A DNA stretch of 64,000 nt from a virus. Taxonomy: Duplodnaviria; Caudoviricetes. The DNA lies in the IMG/VR virus record IMGVR_UViG_3300029305_001467, positions 1-64,000 of that record; one strand, written 5' to 3'. Position 1 is the first letter of the stretch. Each line of letters opens with the position of its first letter. Under the pieces are notes generated by a model. The model did no database searches, was not told the DNA's origin, and saw nothing but the letters and a program-made list of their open reading frames with translations. Positions 31,233-42,185 of this stretch are shown here, one piece after another. Both the position numbers and the translations under genes were made by a program.

Positions 31233-31415
31233 TTAATTATCCTCCTTTGTGTTTAATCTCCAATACATAATGCTATCATCTTTGTTAGCACATGTCTTTT
31301 TTCTCTGAATGCTTTCAACCATATATTCTTTATCACCCACATTTACAACAAGAAAACCATCTGGTTTATTAAGCAGCTCTCTTGCAAGCATGTGAGTGGT
31401 TGCAATGTAACTCAC
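31233..31415 (-). CDS. Hypothetical protein
   Basis: 60-aa ORF coupled to neighbours. Confidence 0.65.
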   Translation of the reverse strand: MSYIATTHMLARELLNKPDGFLVVNVGDKEYMVESIQRKKTCANKDDSIMYWRLNTKEDN

Positions 31416-31999
31416 TTAATACTTACTTCTCCTTTCAATCTTTTCAAATAAGCATGAACTGCTCTCCAATTGTCTAATCTGATACCTTCCCAATCTTCAT
31501 TCCAAGAATACTTTTCTCCAAAACAAATGTTAACCAAAGCATTACTTGTTTTTAGGTTAGAACTTGAGTCATCAATAAAAATACCAGTTCTCATCTCAGC
31601 AACATGACTCTTATCCTTATATTCCTTCATGTTGACTCCAATAAATCCACAGAACGGTAAGTTCTTCTCAATCCAAATCTGCTTTGCTCTAAGGTTGGGA
31701 CTGTAACCAGATGAAACGATTGTGATGTTGTAATCTTCACTTAATTCTTCTAAAATTTCTTTTGCATTTGGCATAAATTCCAACTTATCAAAGAATCTCT
31801 GTTGATTAAAATATGTATTGATATATTCCGGTGTCGCACATTCTAATTCTTTAAAATCCCATGTATTAATACTTCTCCAATCAACATGCTTGAATTTCTT
31901 GTAATATAGGAAATCTTCGTGATAACAGTCACAGATAGCTTTGATGTTTTGTACTATTACACCGTCAAAATCCACAAAAATATTATTCTTACTTAATAT
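31412..31999 (-). CDS. HAD-family 5'(3')-deoxyribonucleotidase (probable ATA start)
   Basis: DFDGV motif I, IFIDD motif IV; SD GGGTGAG before ATA 31999. Confidence 0.85.
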   Translation of the reverse strand: MLSKNNIFVDFDGVIVQNIKAICDCYHEDFLYYKKFKHVDWRSINTWDFKELECATPEYINTYFNQQRFFDKLEFMPNAKEILEELSEDYNITIVSSGYSPNLRAKQIWIEKNLPFCGFIGVNMKEYKDKSHVAEMRTGIFIDDSSSNLKTSNALVNICFGEKYSWNEDWEGIRLDNWRAVHAYLKRLKGEVSIK

Positions 32000-32564
32000 T
32001 TCTCTCACCCTTTCTTTCATTTGCAGAAACAAACTGAATTGTATCAGCTAATTCTTCAATTGACTTATTGCCATTATTTTCAATAAAGTAATCTACTTCA
32101 TTAAGAATGCCATTGAAGTCACGCTTATCTGCCCTCATCCTTCTTCTAGCTTCCTTACGATTATCACCACGTTCTTTTAATCTCTTTTTAAGAACAGACT
32201 TTTTTGCTTTTATATAAAAGGAAACAAAATCTAACCCCTTAATCTTTTTAATCGCTCTAAGACCATCTGGATTTAGAATGATTACAGTGTTGTCTGGTGC
32301 ATTCTTAAGGTCTTCTAAAGCAGTACCGTAATATACAGTACCCATATTTGCAGTGTTATAAGAAGTTGTTTCGGCAAATTCTTCCTTAAGTTCTTTTGTT
32401 AAAAAATCTCCTAGCGATACAAAGTGGTAGGCAATGCCGTTCACCTCTCCATCTCTAGGGAGTCTGGTAGTATACGTAACAATAGAGTTCATACCTCTTT
32501 TAATAAGTTCTTTTTTAATTGTGTCTTTTCCTGATGCACTTCGCCCCACTAACACCGTAATCAT
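31989..32564 (-). CDS. gmk: Guanylate kinase-like nucleotide kinase
   Basis: GRSASGKD P-loop; TYTTRLPRDGEVNGIAYHFVS. Confidence 0.88.
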   Translation of the reverse strand: MITVLVGRSASGKDTIKKELIKRGMNSIVTYTTRLPRDGEVNGIAYHFVSLGDFLTKELKEEFAETTSYNTANMGTVYYGTALEDLKNAPDNTVIILNPDGLRAIKKIKGLDFVSFYIKAKKSVLKKRLKERGDNRKEARRRMRADKRDFNGILNEVDYFIENNGNKSIEELADTIQFVSANERKGERNIK

Positions 32565-33136
32565 TATTCATCCTCCATTCCTAAACATAACTCCTTAAAA
32601 TAAGGAAGTCTTTCAATCTGTTTACAAAATTCTTTCCACTCAGGTAATCTGTGATTGCATCTTTGATGATAAATCGTCTTCAACTGTCTATAATTAGTTG
32701 TCATTGCAGCAGTCAGTTTAAAGCCACAAGGATTCGAATATAACAATCTAAGATAGTCCTCTGAATCTCCTGTTTCGTTGTACTTATCCTTTAACTCATT
32801 CATAATGGCAATGATGCGCTTGTCCGTATACTCGCTGTACTGATTATCCAAATCAAACTTCGCAATGCGGTGCATGGTAGACTGGCTGGAAATGAAATCA
32901 AGGAAATGATAACGCTCCGCCTCTGTCCATGCCTTTACCGTAAAGGTCAAATCAAACTGTACGATAATACCGGTTAAGAATTGGTCATGACCACTACCAG
33001 GTCTTGCATTGCCAAGTTTATAAGTGCGTGGTACGATGTCACCGTTTAACTCATCTACTGTAGTTGCCATTGGGAACTTACTTCCTCTTACCGAATTTTC
33101 TAAGCCATAAACATGTACATTTGTCATTACACTCAT
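32564..33136 (-). CDS. Divergent ThyX-like (flavin-dependent thymidylate synthase fold) protein
   Basis: GHDQFL...W.EAERYHF.....SQSTMH...NYRQLK.IY.QR..HRLPEW pattern in a nucleotide-metabolism cluster. Confidence 0.6.
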   Translation of the reverse strand: MSVMTNVHVYGLENSVRGSKFPMATTVDELNGDIVPRTYKLGNARPGSGHDQFLTGIIVQFDLTFTVKAWTEAERYHFLDFISSQSTMHRIAKFDLDNQYSEYTDKRIIAIMNELKDKYNETGDSEDYLRLLYSNPCGFKLTAAMTTNYRQLKTIYHQRCNHRLPEWKEFCKQIERLPYFKELCLGMEDE

Positions 33137-33379
33137 TTATTTCACCTCGTATCTTTCCATAAGCCAAGCAAACTCATTAATAGCTTCTGTGTTATCAGAT
33201 AAAAGTCTTACCTTTAAAACCTTATTCCTATCCAAAGAACATACGCCAATTAAAGACTTTGCATCAATTACCTTGCTCCCATCAATTAAATCTACATCAT
33301 CATGAAATGCAGTCACTACTCCAATGAAGTCTGTAATATCTTCTGGTGTCTTCAACTTAATCTTAATTTCATTCTTCAC
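33137..33379 (-). CDS. HPr-like protein 2
   Basis: IDAKSLIGVCSL (Ser46 signature); no His15 motif. Confidence 0.8.
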   Translation of the reverse strand: MKNEIKIKLKTPEDITDFIGVVTAFHDDVDLIDGSKVIDAKSLIGVCSLDRNKVLKVRLLSDNTEAINEFAWLMERYEVK

Positions 33380-33382
33380 TTT

Positions 33383-34120
33383 CTAAAATTCCTCTACTTT
33401 CTCATAAACTATTACTTCTTCTACTTGTGGCTTCCATTCTTCGCAAACATTTGATACATCACCTGTAGTTCTTACCTTGTTAATTATGTAATCCATATCT
33501 ACAACAAACTCCACAAGAGAACCATCAAAACAAACTCTGTTGGTAGCGTCCGTATGTATATCTTGTTTCTGATCCGCAAGAATACAAGGTATTACTTCTC
33601 CATTCTCTAAGATAATATCTACATAAGTACCGATTGTTTTTGCGTATGCACTACCTAATGCAACACAATATCTTCCATTTACTTGTCTAATACCATGAGT
33701 GCTAGTATATGCAATCTGTTGCATTTTATACTGTCTGCTTGTTTTAGATGTAATTGCTTTGTAAGACATATAACTTTTTCTAGTGTTTTCCGGAGCATTA
33801 GGATATCTTGTAAACTTTAATTCTTCTCTTAATTCCAATTTATCCTTATTTTCCTCAAGCATGTCATTCACAATATTATCTATGATTGTTTGATATTCTT
33901 CGGATAAATCATCTTTTGATACATTACTAATTAAAGAATTAATATCAATTTTATCCTCTACAACAGCCATAGTTGGTTTTGGGGGTGGTGTTGATTCTAC
34001 AATATCTTCTTTGTCGCACGTCAAACAAAATGCTTTTTTAGGTGCGCCTACAGATGGTAATAATATAAATGCAACTAACACCCACATTGCAGAAACAATT
34101 ATTCTTTTACTTTTTTTCAT
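33383..34120 (-). CDS. Membrane-anchored/exported protein with 3D/DPBB-like cell-wall-enzyme domain
   Basis: N-terminal basic + hydrophobic segment; GRYCVALGS...IGT.VDI.L.NG..I.CI.AD.K...EFVVD. Confidence 0.55.
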   Translation of the reverse strand: MKKSKRIIVSAMWVLVAFILLPSVGAPKKAFCLTCDKEDIVESTPPPKPTMAVVEDKIDINSLISNVSKDDLSEEYQTIIDNIVNDMLEENKDKLELREELKFTRYPNAPENTRKSYMSYKAITSKTSRQYKMQQIAYTSTHGIRQVNGRYCVALGSAYAKTIGTYVDIILENGEVIPCILADQKQDIHTDATNRVCFDGSLVEFVVDMDYIINKVRTTGDVSNVCEEWKPQVEEVIVYEKVEEF

Positions 34121-34346
34121 GGATTCCTCGCTTGTTTTTATGTTTGGTGTGTTTGTTATTCTTCTTTGATGCGCCAACATCAATTGAAGAATTTGAGTTT
34201 GGTGTAAATTCTAATAAATCGTATGTAGTGTGCTTGTTTGTATAACCACATGTACACACTTGGGTTACCATCTTGCCTTTTGAACTATACTCAGTATAAG
34301 AATCCATATACTGATGACAATTTGGGCATTGCGTCACATTAGTCAC
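34107..34346 (-). CDS. Small Zn-ribbon protein
   Basis: CPNC...CTCG. Confidence 0.65.
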   Translation of the reverse strand: MTNVTQCPNCHQYMDSYTEYSSKGKMVTQVCTCGYTNKHTTYDLLEFTPNSNSSIDVGASKKNNKHTKHKNKRGIHEKK

Positions 34347-34376
34347 CTCATTTCTAATCTCCTTAAAAGTCCAAAT

Positions 34377-36677
34377 CTAAGAAGCCTCTTTAAGATTTTT
34401 ACACGTTTCCTTTATCAGTCTTTGCATAAATGTGTTTCTTGTAAAGTTTGCTTTCTTTTTAACCGCTAGATTTACAGTATCCACATTTCCTAAATGAAAA
34501 CATTTCTCTTTCATTCTTGTGAGTCCAACATATATCAAATTGGAATTCAACATATATGTATGACTCTGTGGAGTTAGCAAAATTACTACTTTAATAGAAC
34601 TGCCCTGGGATTTATGGATTGTAATACAATATCCTAGTCCAACCATCTGCATATCGTTCCTATAATATTTCACTGTCACACCATCAAAATCAATCAGTAG
34701 GTAGTTCTGAAAAACATCCTTTACAATACCTGTTTCTCCGTTTGCTATGAAAGTTTCTTTTAAATCATCATCGCTATAATCAAAGAAATCTTCGCCTATA
34801 AATAACTGCGCATGATAATTGTTCACGTTTTGGATTACCAAATCACCTTTATAATAAACAGCATCTCCAACTTTCATACACTCAGAACTTCCATAATTAG
34901 GATTTGCTACTTTCTGTATTGCATTGTTTATAAATAAAGTTCCGACATCACCTTTTTTGTAAGCAGTTAGCACTTGAATATCTTCAGCTTTATAACCTTG
35001 GCTAAGTAACTTACTATACAATCCTACTGCGTTTTTCACCATTATATCGCTACCAATGTTTACAAACGCATAATCTTTATTTGCCCCAAACCATGTAAAT
35101 TGATTATGCACTCCATGCAAATATTCTTTGCAAAAACGAACATCCGTAGCAACCTTCATTAATCCACCTTCACCATAACGAAATACTTTTGTAAGCGTTA
35201 CTGTTGGCATAATGTTAGATTCCATAAAATCATGTAATAGGTTTCCACATGATACAGAAGGCAACTGTGCATTATCGCCTATTAAAAGTAATTTTGTTCT
35301 TTTGAAATCAACTGCATCCAATATTCTTTTAAATAAGAAGATGTCTGCCATAGAGAACTCATCAATCAGCAAAGCATCGCAATCCAATTTGTGCTCTTCG
35401 TTATATGTCCACGTATCAGGTGGCATATACCCAAGCCCCCTATGTATTGTAGTAGCTTGTTCTTTTGTATAATCAGATAAAACTTTTGCAGCTTTGCCGG
35501 TTGGAGAAAATAATCTGAATGATTTATTATTATCTTTCAGCATGTTGATGACTGCTTGTGTTGAAAATGATTTTCCTGTTCCACCTGCGCCGTTCAAAAT
35601 GCATACATTATATCTACAAATATTTTTTACGATTTCTAATTGTTCATCAGATAATTCGCATCCATTAACAATACGATACTTGGTATAATCGAAATCCCAT
35701 CTGTTATCCGTATTGGCAAGTCCTTCAACTATTCTCTCTGCTATATACTTCTCTATTTCATATGTGCTTTTTAATGAAACAATCATTGATTCTTTATCAT
35801 AATAAATACTTTCATGTTTCATACATTCAACAAAATGATTCGAACAAGCTGGAACTAACTTCATACATTGATTTCTAAGGTCATTGATGGACATAAGTGT
35901 ATGTCCGTCTTCTTCATTTTTCTCAAGTAGATGTAACATGCAGGATAAACATCTATGTTTACTTGTTCTAAGTTCAGTTTCAAACTCTATAATTGAAGAC
36001 TTCCCATTCTTAACATTTTCTTTTGATACTTTCTCAAGCTCTAATAAAATACTATCGGCAGTTATGAATCCTACTCTAGCCAATCCACATAGGCATTTAT
36101 ATGGATCTTCTCTTAGTTTCTTTTTAATCATTGTTATAGATGTGTATTTTTCGTATAACTTTTTAAGCATTGGGAGGCTTAGTAATCCTTGAAACTCCAT
36201 TACCAACTCTGCTAAACAGAAATTTTCAACAATCTTGTTTTTGATAATATTAAAAGTATATTCCTTAATTCCGTGTAACTTATTAAGGTCTATATCGCCA
36301 AGATTATTGTTCATTACCCTATCAACTATGTCTGGATAAACTTTGTATAATGTTTGAGCTTGATTCAATGTGAGAATTTCTTGAAGGAAAACATACATAT
36401 CAGAAGCTGTTTGCGGTTTGTTCCTTCTTATATTAAGAACTTTATAACTGTAACCATATTTTGTATTTTGCTCTACAGCCTTAATTTCATATTCAATTCC
36501 AACTCCTAATTCATGAATCTCGCCAGTTATAGTTGCGTTTCCATACTTGGTAAATTTAATTTCTGGGTAGATGTCTTTGTCAACATCTACCGCATAAATC
36601 TTATAATCTCCACCATCATATGTTTGCCTTACAATTCTTCCTTTAAACAATACCTCTTTTTCATCTTTATTCTTCAA
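34377..36677 (-). CDS. RecD2-like SF1 helicase
   Basis: GAGGTGKS, IDEFSM, GDNAQLPSV, TIHKSQGS, YVGLTR. Confidence 0.92.
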   Translation of the reverse strand: MKNKDEKEVLFKGRIVRQTYDGGDYKIYAVDVDKDIYPEIKFTKYGNATITGEIHELGVGIEYEIKAVEQNTKYGYSYKVLNIRRNKPQTASDMYVFLQEILTLNQAQTLYKVYPDIVDRVMNNNLGDIDLNKLHGIKEYTFNIIKNKIVENFCLAELVMEFQGLLSLPMLKKLYEKYTSITMIKKKLREDPYKCLCGLARVGFITADSILLELEKVSKENVKNGKSSIIEFETELRTSKHRCLSCMLHLLEKNEEDGHTLMSINDLRNQCMKLVPACSNHFVECMKHESIYYDKESMIVSLKSTYEIEKYIAERIVEGLANTDNRWDFDYTKYRIVNGCELSDEQLEIVKNICRYNVCILNGAGGTGKSFSTQAVINMLKDNNKSFRLFSPTGKAAKVLSDYTKEQATTIHRGLGYMPPDTWTYNEEHKLDCDALLIDEFSMADIFLFKRILDAVDFKRTKLLLIGDNAQLPSVSCGNLLHDFMESNIMPTVTLTKVFRYGEGGLMKVATDVRFCKEYLHGVHNQFTWFGANKDYAFVNIGSDIMVKNAVGLYSKLLSQGYKAEDIQVLTAYKKGDVGTLFINNAIQKVANPNYGSSECMKVGDAVYYKGDLVIQNVNNYHAQLFIGEDFFDYSDDDLKETFIANGETGIVKDVFQNYLLIDFDGVTVKYYRNDMQMVGLGYCITIHKSQGSSIKVVILLTPQSHTYMLNSNLIYVGLTRMKEKCFHLGNVDTVNLAVKKKANFTRNTFMQRLIKETCKNLKEAS

Positions 36678-39600
36678 TTACTTTATCACCTCATAATCGG
36701 TCAATATATCCTCTATCTCGTCTGTTACAGTCCATTCGCCATTTATAAGTTTGCGCTTGAATTCTTTGCTAAATTCTTTGATTCTCAATACTGAATATAA
36801 TCCAAATGGATATTCCTTGAAAATCTTACCTTGTTTTATTCTAGAACGTATCTCTTCACCAGTCTTAATGTTTCTCGCAATAAATCTTGGCTTACTCACA
36901 TCCTTTCCTTGAATAAAGTCTGTTATAATATAATATTCTCCATTCGCTTTTGGATTTGTGTAAGTAATATACTCAAGGTATTCTTTTTCAAATTTTACAT
37001 GCTCGATAATTCCCATTGGTTTGTTTTCAAGCTTTTTGACCAGTTCAGAAATTAAACCAAGATTATCTATTTCTTTATATAAAGCTGCTGTTTCCTTATT
37101 AGAATACTTCTTCATAAGAAATTCAGTAAGACCTAATTCTTCAAGCTTGTCCTTTTTAATCTGTTTGCAAGAAGAAAACTTATCGTAAACATCTATTATA
37201 TTGATAAGATACTTGTTTTCTCCAAACTCCTTAAAGAAATTCAATCCTGTCAAAATTGATAGTTGTCTTGAGTTCACAGATGTTTTGGTCTTAATGTCTT
37301 TCAACAATTCTACAAACGATCCATACTTATTTTTCGATAATTCATAGAGTTCATCTGCAATCTGTGTATTACAATATTTAATAGAAGAGATACCTTTGTA
37401 TATAGTATTATTCTCTTTATCCATCGCATAATCAGAGCCAGACTTCCCAAATTTTATAGACTCTAATTTAATATCAAAGTATGATAACTCTCCAATCAAA
37501 TTTGCAGTACGTTCCATATCATCACTGTACAAGGAAAGAACTACTGTAAAATATTCTAATGGATAATGAGATTTTAAATACGCTCCATATAAAGAGTCTA
37601 TGGCTACACTAAGAGCATGCGATGCGTTAAAGGAATAACGTGCTGCATCCTCTACCACTTTCCATGTTTCTTCAAATCCTTTTTCTTTCCCTACATTCTT
37701 AATCCAACCTTCAATGAGCTTAGATTTGAGTTCTTGTAATTCTTCTTCTTTAAACTTTTTCTTTGCTATCTTCTTGATAATGTCGTATGTGCCTTTTTCT
37801 TCAATACCAAGCCATACGAGGTATGCCATTATAGACTCTTGATAAAGAAGATAATGGAAAGAGTCGGTTAGTAATTCATCTAGTTCTCCTACTCCTGTAG
37901 AATATGGCAGTCTATCAAGAAAATTATTTAACAAACTTGCAAATCCTGGTCGAATCGCAGCTACCCATGCAGAAAGTTCTGCCAAGGACTTAGGTTTATA
38001 TCTCATAATCAACTGCTTACCCAAGTCTGAATCTGCTTGATTAATAGTTGTTGTTAATCCTTTTTCATAGATATCCCATACTTTATCGTCACAGTTATTT
38101 ACTAATGTAGCAATATCATCAATTGGTCTACCGATTAACTTATAGGTCTTATCAATAATATCGTATACTTTAACTGTAAGAAGGTCGTTCTTAAGATATT
38201 TATATACGTCGCAATTGTAACCATCCATAGCACAGCAGATAACGTCCCCTACTTTAATCAATCCTACTTCCTCTGAAATAGGATTATTAGAAAGAAGGAA
38301 TGAACATGGAGATGGTGCTACTGATTCAACTACTCCTCTAAACACTTTGCTATTTTCTAATTCAATAGCCCATTTCTTATTATCTGTCTTAAATTGTTCA
38401 TCAGTATAATCCTTATCGCCTAACAATTTTGCAACTTCGTCATACTCGTCAATTGCATATCCTCTAGCCTTACACCACAATCTAAAAGCAGAAGAACGTT
38501 GCAATGGCTTAAATGCAACCATATAATAGATTCCATCTTCTCCTAAAATATCTTTAGAAGCTTGAATTGCTGGTTCTACGTTGGCAAAATTGAGGTCGAT
38601 ATCCGGGAGGCTGCGACTGGATAGAATACGTTCTGCACTCATAAATCGTGTAGGATATAGCTTTGTAGGTGCTTTAATTCTATCGACTTCTGTAAGTCCT
38701 AAAAGATTATTTATCAAGAATGATACAGCAGATCCTCTACCGGAACGTGTTAATACTGCATTATATTTATTGACTGCTCTATTAATAATCATATGGTCTA
38801 GAACAAAGTAATCAGCCATACCACAATTCTTTACAATATCCACTTCGTAATAAATGGCATCAGTATATTCTTTTACTCTTTTAGGGTTCGTTTTTTTCTT
38901 CTTATCCTTCCATGCTCTAGAAATAATCTCTCTTAACACCTTGTCACTATCTTCATTTGAGAAGCCATCACCTAACTCTTCTTTGATGAACTCATTGGGA
39001 ACTTTAGGAATCTTAAATTCTTTATCTGTATATATTGGTTCTGCGTTATCAAATATCAGCGTATTATCTAAAGCTTCTTTTGCTTGTTCTGGTGTTAATA
39101 TACCTTGTTTTCTATATCTGTCCAAAATCGTATCATAATCAGGATAATCCAATATGAATCCACTTTCTTCTTCATAGAAAATACCCTTTGCTTTCAAAAA
39201 CAAATCTCTATAATATGAATCCGATTCATATATGTAATGACTATCGTTTGCATGGATCAATGGAATATCATACTTCTCATGCATAAACAAAAGCATCTTA
39301 TTATATGTCATTTGAATTGGAGTTTTATGGCTCTGCACTTCCAAATAAAAGTTCTTACCAAAGTGTTGTTTTACCGGAATCAAAAAGTTATCCAACCATG
39401 TTGTATCAATAATATCATTACCCTTTTCATCTTTTCTAGGGAAAGCAGTTGATAATCTACCTGCTACACAGGCAGTAGTAACAATAGTATCAGTAGGAGT
39501 TAGAGATAATAATTCCTTTAATCCAATTCTAGGTTTATAATAAAATCCTTCAGTATTAGCAATAGACATGATTTTATTGATTTCATATCTTGCTCTTTTA

Positions 39601-39878
39601 GTCATTCCAACTAATACAATATGGTATGATTTACGGTCTGTTTTATCTGAAATATTATCAACATAATATGCTTCCACACTGTAAATTGGATTTAAATTAT
39701 ACTTTTCGCATAGAGTTTGTGCTTCATATAAATTACCTTGAAACCCATGTTCGCCAGTAAAATAAGTAGTATGACCTAATTCAACAGCTCTTTGCATGTA
39801 TGCTTCTGGTGAAGTAACAGTATCAAGTGTTCTTAAGTTGGAATAATATGTGTGTTTATGATAATTGTTATATCTCAA
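36678..39878 (-). CDS. dnaE: DNA polymerase III alpha subunit
   Basis: PHP domain (HKHTYYS, NDSHY), SGRGSA, PDIDL, YSFNASHA. Confidence 0.95.
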   Translation of the reverse strand: MRYNNYHKHTYYSNLRTLDTVTSPEAYMQRAVELGHTTYFTGEHGFQGNLYEAQTLCEKYNLNPIYSVEAYYVDNISDKTDRKSYHIVLVGMTKRARYEINKIMSIANTEGFYYKPRIGLKELLSLTPTDTIVTTACVAGRLSTAFPRKDEKGNDIIDTTWLDNFLIPVKQHFGKNFYLEVQSHKTPIQMTYNKMLLFMHEKYDIPLIHANDSHYIYESDSYYRDLFLKAKGIFYEEESGFILDYPDYDTILDRYRKQGILTPEQAKEALDNTLIFDNAEPIYTDKEFKIPKVPNEFIKEELGDGFSNEDSDKVLREIISRAWKDKKKKTNPKRVKEYTDAIYYEVDIVKNCGMADYFVLDHMIINRAVNKYNAVLTRSGRGSAVSFLINNLLGLTEVDRIKAPTKLYPTRFMSAERILSSRSLPDIDLNFANVEPAIQASKDILGEDGIYYMVAFKPLQRSSAFRLWCKARGYAIDEYDEVAKLLGDKDYTDEQFKTDNKKWAIELENSKVFRGVVESVAPSPCSFLLSNNPISEEVGLIKVGDVICCAMDGYNCDVYKYLKNDLLTVKVYDIIDKTYKLIGRPIDDIATLVNNCDDKVWDIYEKGLTTTINQADSDLGKQLIMRYKPKSLAELSAWVAAIRPGFASLLNNFLDRLPYSTGVGELDELLTDSFHYLLYQESIMAYLVWLGIEEKGTYDIIKKIAKKKFKEEELQELKSKLIEGWIKNVGKEKGFEETWKVVEDAARYSFNASHALSVAIDSLYGAYLKSHYPLEYFTVVLSLYSDDMERTANLIGELSYFDIKLESIKFGKSGSDYAMDKENNTIYKGISSIKYCNTQIADELYELSKNKYGSFVELLKDIKTKTSVNSRQLSILTGLNFFKEFGENKYLINIIDVYDKFSSCKQIKKDKLEELGLTEFLMKKYSNKETAALYKEIDNLGLISELVKKLENKPMGIIEHVKFEKEYLEYITYTNPKANGEYYIITDFIQGKDVSKPRFIARNIKTGEEIRSRIKQGKIFKEYPFGLYSVLRIKEFSKEFKRKLINGEWTVTDEIEDILTDYEVIK

Positions 39879-39889
39879 TCTATCACCTC

Positions 39890-41080
39890 TTATAGATTAT
39901 TTAGCCAAGACATATCTTCGTCTCCACTATCATTCTTCTCTTTTGTGTCAGAGCCAACACCACCAAAAAAGCTACCATCGTCCTTTTGTGCGGCAAGCTT
40001 GTCTAAATATAATTTGTAAGGTTTATGTAAATTCGGAGAATATGCACACAATGTAGCAAAGTAATAACTCTGTTTTTCCACTTGTTCTGGTGTGTCAAAA
40101 AAGATTTTTTCAGCATTCTCAATATCAATCATTCTTTCGACTTCATATTTTTCTTCCTTCTCAATAATTTCATCAATAGTATTGATAATTTCCGTAGTCC
40201 ATCTTTCAATAAGTTCATTAGTTAAATCAACACAAACAATGCAATCATGGAACTTATACTTTTCTCGAACATCATTTGGAAGACATTTAATATCATTTGT
40301 TTGTTCTAACATATCAAGATACTCAATTAACTTATCTTCATACCCAAGCTTCTTCAGCCACATCTTCGCACTGGTTTGAAGTTTGTTACCAATCTCACAT
40401 CTGTCGATTTCTCTAGTAGTCCATTTACCATTTGCTTGTTCGCAATCAACTTTTACATACTTTAAGAAGTTCCAACAAATCTTAATCTTTTCGTATGGAA
40501 TACCCATCTGATGTAAACCAATTGCATACACCACTAACTGACCACATTCATTTAATGCCTTATCACCTTTATATATACTAGATGTCTTCCAATCTAATAT
40601 ATTGAAGCATCCATCATCATCTTTAAAACAAACGTCTATATAACCTTGAAATACATTTTTACCAATCAGCACACTAATAAATCGTTCAATTTCAACCTTA
40701 TGTGGAATCATAATATGGTTATTAAAGAAATGCTTTAAATTCTTATAATACTTATCAGAAATCTTCTTATTCTTTTCAGAGTCATTTCTATCAAACTTAA
40801 GCTCTGCAATACCGGCAGTCATCCACGCATCTTCAAATTCGTCATCCATATCTTCATATTTACTTTTACCTAAATATAAATTTTCCATAATTTCATGAGC
40901 CATTCCGCCGGTAACTGTATAAATACAATCTTGTCTGTCTTCGTTTTTGTTCGCTATATATTTAAGAAAATACTCATATTGACTGTTATGATATGAGTTA
41001 AATCTACTCCATGACCATAAACGGTCAACCCCATACTTCCTCTTAATTTCTTCTAACTCTTCACCAGTTTTTCTTCCCAT
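39890..41080 (-). CDS. PD-(D/E)xK (RecB/Cas4-like) exonuclease
   Basis: WSWSR, G..AH, E, GYID, LDWKT, QL..Y. Confidence 0.85.
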   Translation of the reverse strand: MGRKTGEELEEIKRKYGVDRLWSWSRFNSYHNSQYEYFLKYIANKNEDRQDCIYTVTGGMAHEIMENLYLGKSKYEDMDDEFEDAWMTAGIAELKFDRNDSEKNKKISDKYYKNLKHFFNNHIMIPHKVEIERFISVLIGKNVFQGYIDVCFKDDDGCFNILDWKTSSIYKGDKALNECGQLVVYAIGLHQMGIPYEKIKICWNFLKYVKVDCEQANGKWTTREIDRCEIGNKLQTSAKMWLKKLGYEDKLIEYLDMLEQTNDIKCLPNDVREKYKFHDCIVCVDLTNELIERWTTEIINTIDEIIEKEEKYEVERMIDIENAEKIFFDTPEQVEKQSYYFATLCAYSPNLHKPYKLYLDKLAAQKDDGSFFGGVGSDTKEKNDSGDEDMSWLNNL

Positions 41081-42171
41081 TAAGCACCTACTTTCTCTAA
41101 ACTTTTAACGTATTTCTTATGTTCTTCGTAATCGTATATAATCCTATATTCCATCAAAAACTCAAATATCTTATTTGACGCATCTGCTGGACTATCTTTA
41201 TCTCCTAACAAATCATATTTGTCCCATATATAGGACACTTTTCTAATTCCATAAAATTTCTCACAGCAATGTCTTATATGGTCAATATCAATATCTTTAT
41301 CAAAAGCAATGATAATTTCACAGTTCAATCCAATGAGAATCTTCACTTGCTCATCTGATATCTCATGTCCACTAACAGCAACACCAGTACTATCATTTAA
41401 ACTATCTCTTTTTAATACGGATTTTTCCGCCTCATAGACAGTCACATATCCTTTTTTCTCGATATATTCTTTATTCTCCCAAAGACCAAATAAATTCAAC
41501 TGTTTCGGATATCCTGGTGTTATAAAATATTTCTTAATATCAAACATCTCATAATTTTCAACAGATGTTCTCATATTAAAACCAAGAAGTTCGCCTGTAA
41601 GCCAATATCTTAATGGAATTACATTTCTTTTGAACTTATAACTGTATGCCAATCCAAACTTCTTAACACTCCAAGGCATAATTCCTTCTCTGAAGAAGTC
41701 TATATGCACATGAGGAACAAAGTCTTGCAATTCAGACTCATCTAACACTTGAAAGTCAAGTACATTTTGTTTTTTCTTTCTTCCTTTGACCTTTTTAAAA
41801 ATATAAAGAGGGTCAACCACTTCCTTCTTCTCCTCTTTTTTCTTCATAGTCAAAGGTATTCCTAATAATTTATGTAAATATTTGACCGTATCAAAGAATG
41901 AGAAATTCTTATCATCCAGGCTCTTGTTATACTGAACTAATGTGAGTAAGTCTGCATTCTCATCAAATTCTTTTTCTCTCGTATAATTTTTGCAATTTAA
42001 ATATTCGTTATTCTTAATATTGATAGCAGCTTTATTATCGCCATTACAATTAGAACAACTATAATACTCTTTTGTTGGGTGGTACACTATATGACCGCAC
42101 CCAATCTCATTTAAAATAAATTCAATTTTACCTTCTTGAAAAATGTATTTTTTAAGTTCAAGAACGGTCAT
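41080..42171 (-). CDS. DNA primase (TOPRIM)
   Basis: VYEAEKS and IIAFDKD TOPRIM motifs; adjacent to helicase. Confidence 0.85.
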   Translation of the reverse strand: MTVLELKKYIFQEGKIEFILNEIGCGHIVYHPTKEYYSCSNCNGDNKAAINIKNNEYLNCKNYTREKEFDENADLLTLVQYNKSLDDKNFSFFDTVKYLHKLLGIPLTMKKKEEKKEVVDPLYIFKKVKGRKKKQNVLDFQVLDESELQDFVPHVHIDFFREGIMPWSVKKFGLAYSYKFKRNVIPLRYWLTGELLGFNMRTSVENYEMFDIKKYFITPGYPKQLNLFGLWENKEYIEKKGYVTVYEAEKSVLKRDSLNDSTGVAVSGHEISDEQVKILIGLNCEIIIAFDKDIDIDHIRHCCEKFYGIRKVSYIWDKYDLLGDKDSPADASNKIFEFLMEYRIIYDYEEHKKYVKSLEKVGA

Positions 42172-42185
42172 ATATTTTCACCACC

